Source of the DNA: Candidatus Aminicenantales bacterium
GTDB lineage: Bacteria > Acidobacteriota > Aminicenantia > Aminicenantales > Saccharicenantaceae
Assembly: GCA_049512315.1 (NCBI GenBank)
Contig: JBEKXF010000021.1
Coordinates: 1 to 57,617, forward strand
Reading direction: 5' to 3'
DNA length: 57,617 bases
Part shown: positions 20,433 to 30,133 of the stretch, in pieces
Layout: the number at the start of each line of letters is the position of its first letter
How positions within the stretch are numbered: position 1 is the first letter of the stretch
The notes under the pieces: generated by a model
Told to the model about the DNA's origin: nothing
Database searches by the model: none
Seen by the model: the letters and a program-made list of their open reading frames with translations, nothing else
Translations under genes and position numbers: made by a program

Positions 20433-21536
20433 ATGAAGAATCTCGAAACAGGAAATAAATGCTCTCCAGGCTGGCAGGCCTTCACGGCTCAGGCCTGGCA
20501 GATCCCGGCCCGCGCGGTTTTTGTCCTCCTGGCTTTATCGCTTCTTTTCCTTGCCGGGTGCGGCAAATCGCGGCCGGTCCTGAGCGTCTACACCTGGTCC
20601 GACTACATCAAGCCGGAGCTCATCCGGCGCTTCGAGCGGGAAAATGATTGCCGGGTCGTCATCGACACCTTCGAGTCGAACGAGGCCATGTACGCCAAGC
20701 TGAAGGCAGGCGCGACGGGCTACGACATCCTCACCCCGACGAGCTACATGGTCAGCCTGATGTTCGACCAGGGTATGCTCCTCACCCTCGACCGCAGTCG
20801 GCTCCCGAACCTCAGCCACGTGGATCCGGAATTCCTCAAGATCACGGTCGACAAGACTATGGACCACTCCGTGCCATACATGCTCGTCTGGAGCGGGATC
20901 GCCTACCTTGAAGGCCGGGTGAAGGACGTCAAGCCGACCTGGAACATGTTCGACCGGACAGACCTCAAGGGCCGGATGACCATGTTCAACGATATGCGGG
21001 AATCGATCGGGGCCGCTCTCAAGTCCCTGGGCTACAGCATCAACACCGTCAACGAAAAAGAGCTCCAGGAGGCCGAGGCGGTCCTCCTCCGCTGGAAGAA
21101 AAACCTGGCCAAGTTCGACAACGAGCAATACAAGCTTGGGCTGGCCTCCGGCGAGTTCCTCCTCGTCCACGCCTGGAACGGCGACGTCTTCCAGGTCCGG
21201 AAAGAAAACCCGGACGTCCGGTTCTTCATCCCCGAGGAGGGGACGATCATTTCCTGCGACGACCTCGTTATTCCGAAGTCGGCCCGCCAAGTCGCCCTGG
21301 CCTACGCCTTCATCAATTTCCTCCACGATCCGAAGGTCGCGGCCGAGAACACGAACTTCATCTACTATCTCTGCCCGAACAAGGACGCCTATCCGCTGCT
21401 GGCGCCCGAGATCCGCAACAATACCGGGATCTTCGTGAAACAGGAAATCATGGCCAAGAGCGAGATCATCGCTAATATCGGCGGGGCGAACGCCCTCTAC
21501 GTCAAGGTCTGGGACCGGGTCAAAGGCGCTGATTAG
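20433..21536 (+). CDS. potD: Polyamine ABC transporter substrate-binding lipoprotein
   Basis: Lipobox LAGC, YTWSDYI, FESNEAMYAKL, PEEG, AFINFL; start approximate. Confidence 0.9.
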   Translation: MKNLETGNKCSPGWQAFTAQAWQIPARAVFVLLALSLLFLAGCGKSRPVLSVYTWSDYIKPELIRRFERENDCRVVIDTFESNEAMYAKLKAGATGYDILTPTSYMVSLMFDQGMLLTLDRSRLPNLSHVDPEFLKITVDKTMDHSVPYMLVWSGIAYLEGRVKDVKPTWNMFDRTDLKGRMTMFNDMRESIGAALKSLGYSINTVNEKELQEAEAVLLRWKKNLAKFDNEQYKLGLASGEFLLVHAWNGDVFQVRKENPDVRFFIPEEGTIISCDDLVIPKSARQVALAYAFINFLHDPKVAAENTNFIYYLCPNKDAYPLLAPEIRNNTGIFVKQEIMAKSEIIANIGGANALYVKVWDRVKGAD

Positions 21537-21543
21537 GCTGACG

Positions 21544-21598
21544 GAAAAAGGGGACGGTCCTGTTTTTTAGAGCAAAAAACAGGACCGTCCCCTTTTTC
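21544..21598. repeat. Perfect 25-bp inverted repeat (REP-like), probable bidirectional terminator
   Basis: GAAAAAGGGGACGGTCCTGTTTTTT-agagc-AAAAAACAGGACCGTCCCCTTTTTC between convergent potD and the sialidase-like gene. Confidence 0.85.
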
Positions 21599-22666
21599 TA
21601 CCGAAGGCCCAGGTCGATGACGACGTGCCTGATCCTCAGGCGTTTCCAGATATACGTGACGTGGGCGAGTCCGTCCCTGGACTGGATGACCGCCGGATAG
21701 GAGAACTCCGGCCCCTTTTTCATCTTCCAGCGTCAGGACTTGTGTCCATTTCCGTCCGTCCGATGAGAGAGAGACGGCGAGCGGTGTCCGGCCCTCGGGA
21801 ACCGGGTTGAAAGCCAGGACGTGCCGTCCGTCGCGGAGAGTCACGGCGTCGATTCCCGAATTCGGGTTGGGCACGTCCAGCGGTTCGGGCGGCGACCAGG
21901 TGGAACCCCGGTCCGCGCTTCGGGAGGAGTAAATGTGACCCGCTGGACTTCTCATCAAGACCACGACTCCGTCGCCACCGGTCTGGAGCAGGGCCGGCTG
22001 GATCAGACCGATATCGCGGCCGTCGTTGATGGGGGGCGTCCTCTGCCAGGTGACTCCTTTATCTTTCGTCATCTCGAAATGAACGCTCCAGCCGTCCTCC
22101 TCCGTAGAGCTTCCGCAGAGGATCGTCCCGTCGGGGAATTCGAGAGGATGGCTCTTGACCGGCCCGAGGATGCCATCGGGCAGGCTCCGGGGCTCTGTCC
22201 AAGTCCGGCCGTCGTCCGTCGAGGACATCATCATCCCGTGCCACCGGGACGGGTCCGGTCCCATCTTATAGAAAAGGAGCAGGGGCCCTCCCGCGGGGTT
22301 AAAGAGGACGGGATTCCAGCACGGTTGGCCTCCGCTTCCGTCCGTCACCCGTCGGCCCGAAGCGACCTCGACCGGAGCTGACCAGGCCGACCCTTCCCGG
22401 CGGGAGAGCCAGATCCCAACGTCCGGGTTTCCCTCCGCCGTCCCGCCGAACCAGGCGGCGATCAGGCCCGAGCCGGTTTCGGCGATCGTCGAAGCGTGAC
22501 ACCGGGCGAACGGGGCGCTAACGAAAATATCCTCGCGCAGCACGATCGCCGGAGCCCGCTCTTGCGCGGTCGCCGGCGCGTTGGGGGGCTGTTCCGTGGA
22601 TCTCCCTCGGCATCCCGCCGCGAGCAGGAGGGATGAAAAAAGGAGGGGGAGCGCGATCGGTCGCAT
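21598..22666 (-). pseudogene. BNR/sialidase-like lipoprotein, frameshifted near the C-terminus (pseudogene or sequencing error)
   Basis: Lipobox AAGC, CHASTI, WFGG, CWNPVL, Asp-boxes, NPNSG. At the A5G4 run (21720-21712) the conserved tail PEFSYPAVIQSRDGLAHVTYIWKR...GLR* continues in another frame to TAG at 21600-21598. Confidence 0.85.
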
Positions 22667-22687
22667 GCCTGCCGTTCTCCGGACAGC

Positions 22688-23761
22688 CTATTTTAGCGTC
22701 GCAACGTAATTTCCGACACCGACGACGACGGTCGAAAGGATGAGGACGATGATCCCGGCGACGACGAGGCGGCGCGTCGGCTGGCCCGTCCCCTTCCATT
22801 CATGGAAGTAAATCCCCCACAGGCTGCTGAAGGTGATGATGAAGGCCATGTGGATGGTCCAGCTCGAGAAGTCGTACTTCCCCATCTTCGTCGTGCCCAT
22901 GCCGTAGAAGAAGAACTGGAAGTACCAGGTGATCCCGGCCAGGGCGGAGAAGAGATAATTGGAGAAAAGGGACGTCGCCGCCGGGCGCGTTTCGGTCCCC
23001 TTGACCCTGAGGTAGTCGCGGCCCGTCTTGTTGCGGATGCTTAAGGCCGCGCACCAAAGGAAGTTCGTTGTGAACCCGCCGAAGAGGGCCACGACCATCA
23101 CCGGGAAATTCTGGAAGAGAGGCCGCGCGCCACTCCGGACCGCCGCCTCGGCGATGGGCTTTCCCGCGGCGAAGGCGAAGGCCATGCAGGAGCTCATGAT
23201 GCCGGCGAACGTGGCCACCCAAGCGCCCTTGACGAAACTGAACTCGGCGATCGAGGCCCGCTTCTCGGCGTCGGAAAGCTCCCGTTCCTTTCTCATCCCG
23301 GCGCTCCCGCAGATGGCGATCCCGGTCAGGCAGACGAGGATCCCGAGGATGACGATCCGGCCGGAGAGGGTCGAAACCATGCCCGCGAGCTGTCCATGGA
23401 AAAGCGGCGGGACAAGGGTGCCGAAGACGGCGCAGAAGCCGAGCGACAGGGCCATTCCGAGGGACAGACCGAGATAGCGCATGCTCAGGCCGAAGGTCAG
23501 GCCGCCGATCCCCCACATCACGCCGAAGAGATACGTCCAGAGGAGCGTCCCGGGAGGGGCGGACTTGAGGACTTTGATGAGATCGGGGCAGGTCAGAAGT
23601 CCCACGATCCAGGGCGTAATGATCCAGCTGAAGAACCCGCCCGTCAGCCAATAGGTCTCCCAGGCCCAGCCGCGGACTTTCTTGTAAGGGATGTAAAAGC
23701 TCCCGGCCGCGAACCCGCCCAGGGCGTGAAGGAAAACTCCGAGAAAAGGATTGGGCCCCAT
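22688..23761 (-). CDS. rhaT: L-rhamnose/proton symporter
   Basis: AAGSFYIPYKKVRGWAWE, WGIGGLTFGLSMRYLG, WYFQFFFYGMG, SWTIHM; about 10 TM helices. Confidence 0.95.
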   Translation of the reverse strand: MGPNPFLGVFLHALGGFAAGSFYIPYKKVRGWAWETYWLTGGFFSWIITPWIVGLLTCPDLIKVLKSAPPGTLLWTYLFGVMWGIGGLTFGLSMRYLGLSLGMALSLGFCAVFGTLVPPLFHGQLAGMVSTLSGRIVILGILVCLTGIAICGSAGMRKERELSDAEKRASIAEFSFVKGAWVATFAGIMSSCMAFAFAAGKPIAEAAVRSGARPLFQNFPVMVVALFGGFTTNFLWCAALSIRNKTGRDYLRVKGTETRPAATSLFSNYLFSALAGITWYFQFFFYGMGTTKMGKYDFSSWTIHMAFIITFSSLWGIYFHEWKGTGQPTRRLVVAGIIVLILSTVVVGVGNYVATLK

Positions 23762-23784
23762 CCGGCCTCCTCGATTTTTCGGGA

Positions 23785-23813
23785 ACTATATAACGCGGTC
23801 CGGCTGAAGTCAA
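23785..23813 (-). promoter_or_regulatory. Sigma70-type promoter for rhaT
   Basis: TTGACT-N17-TATAGT on the minus strand. Confidence 0.6.
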
Positions 23814-23849
23814 TCGCCGGGTCGGTGAAGAAGGGACGCGCTCGCGCTC

Positions 23850-23878
23850 TTGACCACAACCCGAGCGGGGAATACCAT
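23850..23878 (+). promoter_or_regulatory. Sigma70-type promoter for the peroxidase gene
   Basis: TTGACC-N17-TACCAT. Confidence 0.5.
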
Positions 23879-23923
23879 GGTTGCGAGAGAGGCGAAAGGC
23901 TCCGAACCCAGCAGGGGAAAACC

Positions 23924-25015
23924 GTGGGGAAAGAAAAAGAAAAGAGGGTCAGATCCGTCCTTATTCTCGTCCTTTTTTCTTTTGCCCGGCTAGCGTTGGC
24001 GCATAACAGGGATGGCGACTTGCTCAAACAAGCCCAAGAGATTTTCGGTCCATTGCCGCAGGTTGTTTTTTCTGAACACAATCCCGTCACTCCTGCCAAA
24101 GCGACCTTGGGAAAAGCTCTATTCTATGAAACCCGGATCTCCGTGGATGGAACGGTCAGCTGCGTCCGATGTCATCCCTTCAGTCTCTATGGTGCGGATG
24201 GCCTGCGAAAATCCATAGGGCACGACGCCCAACGCAATCCTCGGAATGCGCCCACAGTTCTCAACGCGGCAGGTCAGATTTCGGCCCACTGGATAGGAAA
24301 TCGAAAGGACGTGGAGGACCAGGCGAAGCAGTCCGTGTTGGGCCCAGCCAGCTTCGGAATGCCTTCCTATGAGGCTGTGGAAAGGATACTCCGGGATATC
24401 CCGGGGTACGAGAGCTTATTCCGACGTGCTTTCCCCAGAGAAAAGGAGCCAGTCAATATCGAGAACTTCGCCAAGGCGGTGGGCGCCTTTGAAAGAACGC
24501 TCGTCACGCCCTCCCCTTTTGACGCTTTCATGAACGGAGATCAGACGGCCCTGACGGATCTTCAAAAAACGGGGCTGAAGACTTTTATCGAAACGGGTTG
24601 TGTCATATGCCATGCCGGAGCCTACGTGGGCGGACAGATGTACGAAAAATTCGGAGTGCTCGAACCGTACTGGCGATACACCAAAAGTCCCGAGATGGAA
24701 GAAGGAAGGTATGCTGTGACCAAGAACGAGGGCGATAAGTACGTCTTCAAAGTGCCCGGGCTCAGGAATGTGGAAATGACATCGCCCTATTTTCATGACG
24801 GATCTGTGGTCCCCTTATCTGAAGCCGTGCGGATCATGGGCCAACTCCAGCTGGGAAAAATTCTCGGGGGCCAACAGGTTGAAGAGATCATCGTTTTCTT
24901 GAAATCCTTGACGGGACGGATTCCTGAGGAAGCTCTGAGGGTGCCTCTGCTGCCTCCAGGCGAACGCGCGCTCGGTCTGACGAAACAGGCCGCTTCCGGC
25001 GACCCGGAGACGTGA
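23924..25015 (+). CDS. Di-haem cytochrome c peroxidase
   Basis: Two CXXCH motifs (CVRCH, CVICH), LGKALFYETRIS, RNAPTVLNA, FKVPGLRNVEMTSPYFHDG. Start placed at GTG 23924 before the hydrophobic leader. Confidence 0.93.
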   Translation: MGKEKEKRVRSVLILVLFSFARLALAHNRDGDLLKQAQEIFGPLPQVVFSEHNPVTPAKATLGKALFYETRISVDGTVSCVRCHPFSLYGADGLRKSIGHDAQRNPRNAPTVLNAAGQISAHWIGNRKDVEDQAKQSVLGPASFGMPSYEAVERILRDIPGYESLFRRAFPREKEPVNIENFAKAVGAFERTLVTPSPFDAFMNGDQTALTDLQKTGLKTFIETGCVICHAGAYVGGQMYEKFGVLEPYWRYTKSPEMEEGRYAVTKNEGDKYVFKVPGLRNVEMTSPYFHDGSVVPLSEAVRIMGQLQLGKILGGQQVEEIIVFLKSLTGRIPEEALRVPLLPPGERALGLTKQAASGDPET

Positions 25016-25097
25016 TCTCTTCGGGCTTCTTGCATTTTCCGGTACGTTTTTATTAGGATACTGCCGAACCCGTGAGCGACACCCGAAGGGCGGCGTC

Positions 25098-26405
25098 ATG
25101 CTGAAAAAACATCCCAAAGGACTGGCCTTCATCTTCTTCACCGAGATGTGGGAGCGGGTCGGCTTCTACACGCTGATGGCCCTCCTCGTCCTCTACATGG
25201 ACAAGGTCCTCGGCTGGAACGACTCGCGCAAGGGCGATTTCTACGGGATCTTCCTGGCCCTCTGCTATTTCACCCCCCTTCTCGGCGGGTGGCTGGGTGA
25301 CAAGGTTTTCGGCCAAGTCAGGACGGTCCGCGCCGGGGCCTTCCTCATGTCCCTGGGGTACGTCGGCCTCGCGCTGTCCTCGGCCGCCCACGTGACGACT
25401 TTCTACGCCGGCCTCGTCCTGATCGGCGTGGGCACGGGGATCTTCAAGGTCAACATGTCCGTCCTCGTCGGGAACCTCTATGCCGACAAGGTCCCGCTCA
25501 AGGACGCCGGCTTCAACATCTTCTACATGGGCGTCAACCTGGGGGCTATGGCCGCGCCGCTCGTCGCCACGGTCAATAACGTCGTCTTCCACAGCTATAA
25601 CCTCTCGTTCTGGGTGGCCGCCGTGGGGATGGTCTTCGCGCTCATCATTTTCCATTACGGCCAGCCCCACATCCGCGTCGCCGACGTCAAAAAACGGGCC
25701 GCGGACGCGGCCGCCGGGGCCATAACCCCTTCGGGGACCGCCATCGCCGCGACGAGCCCCGCCATGGACAAAAAAGAACAGTCCCAGCGCATCCTGACGC
25801 TCGTCATCCTCTTCCTCATCGTCATCTTCTTTTGGGTGGCCTTCTATCAGAATTCCTTCGCCCTGACTCTCTTCGCCGAGCGTTCGACCCTCATCCTCAA
25901 ATGGCTGCGTCCGGAAACCTACCAGTCCTTCGAGCCCTTCTTCATCCTCGTCCTGACCCCGGTCCTCCTCGCGACCCTGGCCGCCCTGAACCGGCGCGGC
26001 CAAGAGCCTTCGACCCCGGTCAAGATCCTCCTCGGCATGCTCATCATGAGCCTGGCCATGATCATCATGGTCTCCGGATCCCTCGCTGGCGGCAACAGGG
26101 ACCAGAACGTCATGTCGCCCGGCTGGCTCATCGGGACCTATTTCGTCGTGACGCTCGCCGAGATCCTGATCTCGCCCATGGGCCAGTCCTACGTCTCCAA
26201 GGTCGCACCGCCGAAGATCCAGGGCCTGATGATGGGTGGCTGGTACGCGGCCACAGCTGTCGGGAGCTACGGCAGCGGCCTGCTCGGAAAATCCTACAGC
26301 CGCTTCGCTCACCATCAATACTTCCTCATCCTGACCGGGCTGCTGGCCGTGGCGGCCTTCCTGATCCTCGTCTTCATGAAAAAGCTCAAACGGTTTTCTA
26401 CCTAG
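25098..26405 (+). CDS. POT/PTR family proton-dependent oligopeptide transporter (MFS)
   Basis: FFTEMWERVGFY (ExxER), FYMGVNLGA, AEILISPMG. Confidence 0.95.
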   Translation: MLKKHPKGLAFIFFTEMWERVGFYTLMALLVLYMDKVLGWNDSRKGDFYGIFLALCYFTPLLGGWLGDKVFGQVRTVRAGAFLMSLGYVGLALSSAAHVTTFYAGLVLIGVGTGIFKVNMSVLVGNLYADKVPLKDAGFNIFYMGVNLGAMAAPLVATVNNVVFHSYNLSFWVAAVGMVFALIIFHYGQPHIRVADVKKRAADAAAGAITPSGTAIAATSPAMDKKEQSQRILTLVILFLIVIFFWVAFYQNSFALTLFAERSTLILKWLRPETYQSFEPFFILVLTPVLLATLAALNRRGQEPSTPVKILLGMLIMSLAMIIMVSGSLAGGNRDQNVMSPGWLIGTYFVVTLAEILISPMGQSYVSKVAPPKIQGLMMGGWYAATAVGSYGSGLLGKSYSRFAHHQYFLILTGLLAVAAFLILVFMKKLKRFST

Positions 26406-26417
26406 ACCGGAAGGAGT

Positions 26418-27605
26418 ATGGCCATGCTCATCCAGGAGAAAGTCAGACAGGCCGTCGGGCTGCTCAAGGAATTCGGCGTCGACTGCTGGATCACCTTCAT
26501 CCGCGAGAGCGAGATCAACGGCGACCCGACGCTCGTGTACTTGGCCCCGGGTCACGTCACCTGGCACTCCGCCTTCGTCGTCAGCGCCGATGGCCGGACG
26601 CGGGCCATCGTCGGCCTCTACGATCAGAAGGGCATCGAGGAGACTGGCGCGTACGACAAGGTTGTCGGCTACATCACCGGGATCAAGGAGCCTCTCCTCG
26701 AATATCTCAAGGAGCTCGACCCGCGGACGATCGCCGTCAATTACTCGGAGGGGAGCGAGATCTGCGACGGCCTGACCCACGGCATGTACCTGACGCTCCT
26801 GGAATTTCTTGGCGAGATCGGGTTCGCGGACCGGCTGGTGTCCGCCGAGAAGATCGTCTCCGCCCTGAGGGAGAGGAAATCGGCGACCGAGATCGCCTGG
26901 ATGAAGGAGGCCGTCCGCCACACCGAGGAGATCTACGGCGCCGCGGCCGGGTTCATCGCCCCCGGGAAGACGGAGAAGGAGATCGCGGCCTTTATCCTGG
27001 CCGAGGTCGAACGCCGGAAGCTCCAGCTCGCCTGGGGCCAGGCCACCTGTCCCGCGGTCTTCACCGGGCCCGAGACGGCCCAGGCCCATTACTCCCCGAC
27101 CGATCGCGTCGTCGAGCGCGGCCACGTCCTCAACATGGACTTCGGGGTCAAGGTCAGTTCCTACTGTTCCGACATGCAGCGGACCTTCTACATCCTCGAG
27201 GAGGGCGAAAGAGGCGCGCCGGAGGATGTCATGAAGGGTTTCCGGACCATCGTCCGGGCCATCCAAGGATCGCGCCGGGCCATGAAGCCGGGGGTTCAGG
27301 GCCTCGAGATCGACGCCATCGCCCGGTCGATCGTCCTCGACGCGGGCTACGCCGAGTTCCCCCACGCCCTCGGCCACCAGGTGGGCCGCTTCGCCCACGA
27401 CGGCACGGCGCTCCTCGGCCCGAAGTGGGAAAAATACGCCCAGAAGCCGTTCCAGAAGCTCGAGGAAGGCATGGTTTTCACCATCGAGCCGCGCCTGACC
27501 GTCCCCGGCAAGGGGGTCGTCACGGTCGAGGAGATGGTCGTCGTGACCAGGAACGGCGCCGAGTGGCTCGGCAGCCCTCAAAGGGACATCATCCTGATCA
27601 GATGA
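26418..27605 (+). CDS. M24 family Xaa-Pro aminopeptidase/dipeptidase
   Basis: DFG-x5-YCSDMQRT, HALGHQVG, TIEP and EE metal ligands; RBS AAGGAG. Confidence 0.93.
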   Translation: MAMLIQEKVRQAVGLLKEFGVDCWITFIRESEINGDPTLVYLAPGHVTWHSAFVVSADGRTRAIVGLYDQKGIEETGAYDKVVGYITGIKEPLLEYLKELDPRTIAVNYSEGSEICDGLTHGMYLTLLEFLGEIGFADRLVSAEKIVSALRERKSATEIAWMKEAVRHTEEIYGAAAGFIAPGKTEKEIAAFILAEVERRKLQLAWGQATCPAVFTGPETAQAHYSPTDRVVERGHVLNMDFGVKVSSYCSDMQRTFYILEEGERGAPEDVMKGFRTIVRAIQGSRRAMKPGVQGLEIDAIARSIVLDAGYAEFPHALGHQVGRFAHDGTALLGPKWEKYAQKPFQKLEEGMVFTIEPRLTVPGKGVVTVEEMVVVTRNGAEWLGSPQRDIILIR

Positions 27606-27768
27606 AGACGATAAGGGCGATGGGTCCTGTCACGGCGCGCCCCCGTCCAGCCTCGGCTCCACCCATCGCCATAATTATTCAACTTCCCTCGAAGAGCGTG
27701 ATTTTCGGGCTAAGCCCTCGAATCGCTCGCAGCGGCCATCCGCAATTTCTGATCAAGCAAGGGTCCAT

Positions 27769-28533
27769 ATGCCTGGTCCGTTGAGCCCGCTCCGAAAGAC
27801 GGCCAAATCCGTCTTTATCGCCGCGGCGGCGGCGCTCGTGGTCTCGTTCTTCTTGAAGGACCGGCTGCCCGCGAAATCTTTAATCCTGCCGGACCTCCTG
27901 CAGGATCCGGTCCAGACGGACACCGACCTCCCCGGGCCCTTCGACGTCACCCGGAAGGGCGTCACATACGCCGTGACGCCGTTTTTTAATTACGAGCTCT
28001 GGGGGATGGTCGTCTCCTACCACCACGCCGGTTCGTTCGTGGACATCTCTCACGAGGCCTGGAACGATCACATCAACGTCAAGGACATCTGCGTCCTCTG
28101 GGGGAAAAACGTCGAGACCGGGATTTACGGGCGGATGAAGTTCCGGAACCGGGATTTCACCTGCTTCTACACTTATCCGGACCAGGAGACGGGCGCGGTC
28201 TTCGACGAGAGATGCCTGTCCAACAATCACCTTCTGCCCGCCGATGCCATCGTCGCCGCGACGATCATGCGGGCGAGGAAGGGCGACCAGGTCCATCTCA
28301 AGGGCTGGCTCGTTTCGTACGGTCAGAAAGGCACTCCCTACAGGCGGATGACGAGCACCACCCGCAACGACTGGGGCAACGGCGCCTGCGAGACGATCTT
28401 CATTAACGAGTTCGAGATCCTCCGGGAGGCCAACCCCGGGTGGCGGACGCTCTACAAGCTATCGCTGGGCCTCATGGTCCTCTGCGTGGCATTCCTCGTC
28501 TTCGGTTCAAAGCCGCCCCAGGGCCCGAACTGA
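27769..28533 (+). CDS. Hypothetical protein with N- and C-terminal membrane anchors
   Basis: Host-like codon bias; hydrophobic ends; D-x-C-x2-WG, SNNHLLPA, STTRND-x-GNGACE segments. Confidence 0.8.
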   Translation: MPGPLSPLRKTAKSVFIAAAAALVVSFFLKDRLPAKSLILPDLLQDPVQTDTDLPGPFDVTRKGVTYAVTPFFNYELWGMVVSYHHAGSFVDISHEAWNDHINVKDICVLWGKNVETGIYGRMKFRNRDFTCFYTYPDQETGAVFDERCLSNNHLLPADAIVAATIMRARKGDQVHLKGWLVSYGQKGTPYRRMTSTTRNDWGNGACETIFINEFEILREANPGWRTLYKLSLGLMVLCVAFLVFGSKPPQGPN

Positions 28534-28711
28534 ACTCTGGACTCGTAGCACGGAGAGGGATACGGGTCGGCGTGTGGCTCGCATCTTGAAAAGTCGCGTT
28601 CGGGCCGTCGGGCTCCCGCCATATCATCAAGTGCTCGCCTTGACTGTCGCTGCAGTGCATGCTACTTAAGTCCCGGACGTCATGCGTCGCAGGTCACTAA
28701 GGAGGCCGATT

Positions 28712-30052
28712 ATGGCAAATCTCTCGAAGACAAAAATGATATGCGTCCATTTCTCGGCCCTCCTGGCGATCGGATCCGTCTTGTTTCTGGTCGCGGGTCC
28801 CGGCGGCCAGTCCGAAAAACCGGGTGGGGTCGCGGCCCAGCCGACAAAACTCCAGCTCTGGCCGCAGTATGTCAAGATGGATTCCTGGGCGATCAAGTTC
28901 CCGGTCCCGCGTTCGGAAGCCATCGTCGATATCGGCTTCACGGGGCGCTACGCGACCTACGAGCACGCGGACACGTGGTATCCGTCGTGGGCCTCGGACG
29001 GAAACATGTACTCGCCCTGGACCGACGGCAAGGTTGGCACAGCCAGTTGTTCATCGGGCGGGAAGGACGCGCGCACCGGCCAGGCGAGGATCGAAGGCGG
29101 CGATCCCCTCAACCTCAAGATCACGAACCTCGGAACATTCCCCGGCGACCCGCGTCCGTACGAAGGACGCTATCCCTGCGGCACCCTCATCCACAACGGC
29201 GTCTGGTACTACGGGACCTACTGCCTCCTTGACCAACCCGCCTGGAGCATGAATTGGCCTATCCTGGGGCCGTTCGTCGGTTTCCGGATTTCGCGCGACT
29301 TCGGCAGGACCTGGGAGCCGCCCTCGCCGACGCCGGCCAATCCCCTCTTCGGCGAGAGAACGTCGGTCCGCGACGCCGAGCCGGTCAAGATAGGCTCGCC
29401 GCACTTCGTGGACTTCGGAAAAAACATGGGGCATTCTCCCGACGGCAAGGCCTACCTCGTCGGCCACGGCGCGACGGTCCCCGACTCGAACCCCCGCGCC
29501 GGAAACCTGAGCTGGATCACGGGCGACGAAATCTATCTGGCCCGGGTCAAGCCGTCTCCCGAAACGATCAATGACCTGAAAAGCTACGAGTTCTATGCGG
29601 GGAACGGCCGTGACGGAAAACCCCTCTGGAGCTCCGATTTTTCGAAAATCCGGCCCGTCTTCAGCTGGAACAACCACTGCGGCTGCGTCACGATGACCTA
29701 CGACGCTCCCTTGAAGAAGTACCTCATGTGCATCACCGACGGCTGGCCGACGATCAAATCCATGGACACCTATATCCTGGAATCCTCCGAGATCACGGGC
29801 CCGTGGAAAATCGCGGCCTACTGGAAGGACTTCGGGCCCCAGGCCTATTTCGTGTACTTCCCGTCGAAGTTCATCGGTGCCGATGGCAGGACGGCCTGGC
29901 TCAGTTATTCGGCGAATTTCACCTACGGCCAGAACGACCCGGCCTACGCCGGGAATCCGCCCGGCAGCGGCTACCAGTGGTGCCTCCACGAGGTCCGCCT
30001 CCTGGATAAGGCGGAATATGAAAGAATCGCCAAGGCCGGGGACAAAAGATAA
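28712..30052 (+). CDS. Secreted hypothetical protein, probable beta-propeller glycoside hydrolase-like
   Basis: RBS AAGGAGG and signal peptide; ADTWYPSWASDG, Asp-box SRDFGRTW, ESSEITGPW, GPQAYF. Confidence 0.7.
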   Translation: MANLSKTKMICVHFSALLAIGSVLFLVAGPGGQSEKPGGVAAQPTKLQLWPQYVKMDSWAIKFPVPRSEAIVDIGFTGRYATYEHADTWYPSWASDGNMYSPWTDGKVGTASCSSGGKDARTGQARIEGGDPLNLKITNLGTFPGDPRPYEGRYPCGTLIHNGVWYYGTYCLLDQPAWSMNWPILGPFVGFRISRDFGRTWEPPSPTPANPLFGERTSVRDAEPVKIGSPHFVDFGKNMGHSPDGKAYLVGHGATVPDSNPRAGNLSWITGDEIYLARVKPSPETINDLKSYEFYAGNGRDGKPLWSSDFSKIRPVFSWNNHCGCVTMTYDAPLKKYLMCITDGWPTIKSMDTYILESSEITGPWKIAAYWKDFGPQAYFVYFPSKFIGADGRTAWLSYSANFTYGQNDPAYAGNPPGSGYQWCLHEVRLLDKAEYERIAKAGDKR

Positions 30053-30133
30053 AAAATCAGGATAGGAACCGTCCTTCGCTATCATCGTATTTATTATTGA
30101 GAATGTGAGAAAATCGTCATGGAGAGTCGGGCC

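Noticed and set aside
23879..23923. Possible riboswitch in the peroxidase leader (contains GCGAAAG)
   Set aside because: Too short and lacks the conserved cores of c-di-GMP or other riboswitches I know.
25053..27581. 842-aa antisense ORF (and similar ones at 10974, 15387, 48030, 53782)
   Set aside because: Antisense shadows of well-supported genes.
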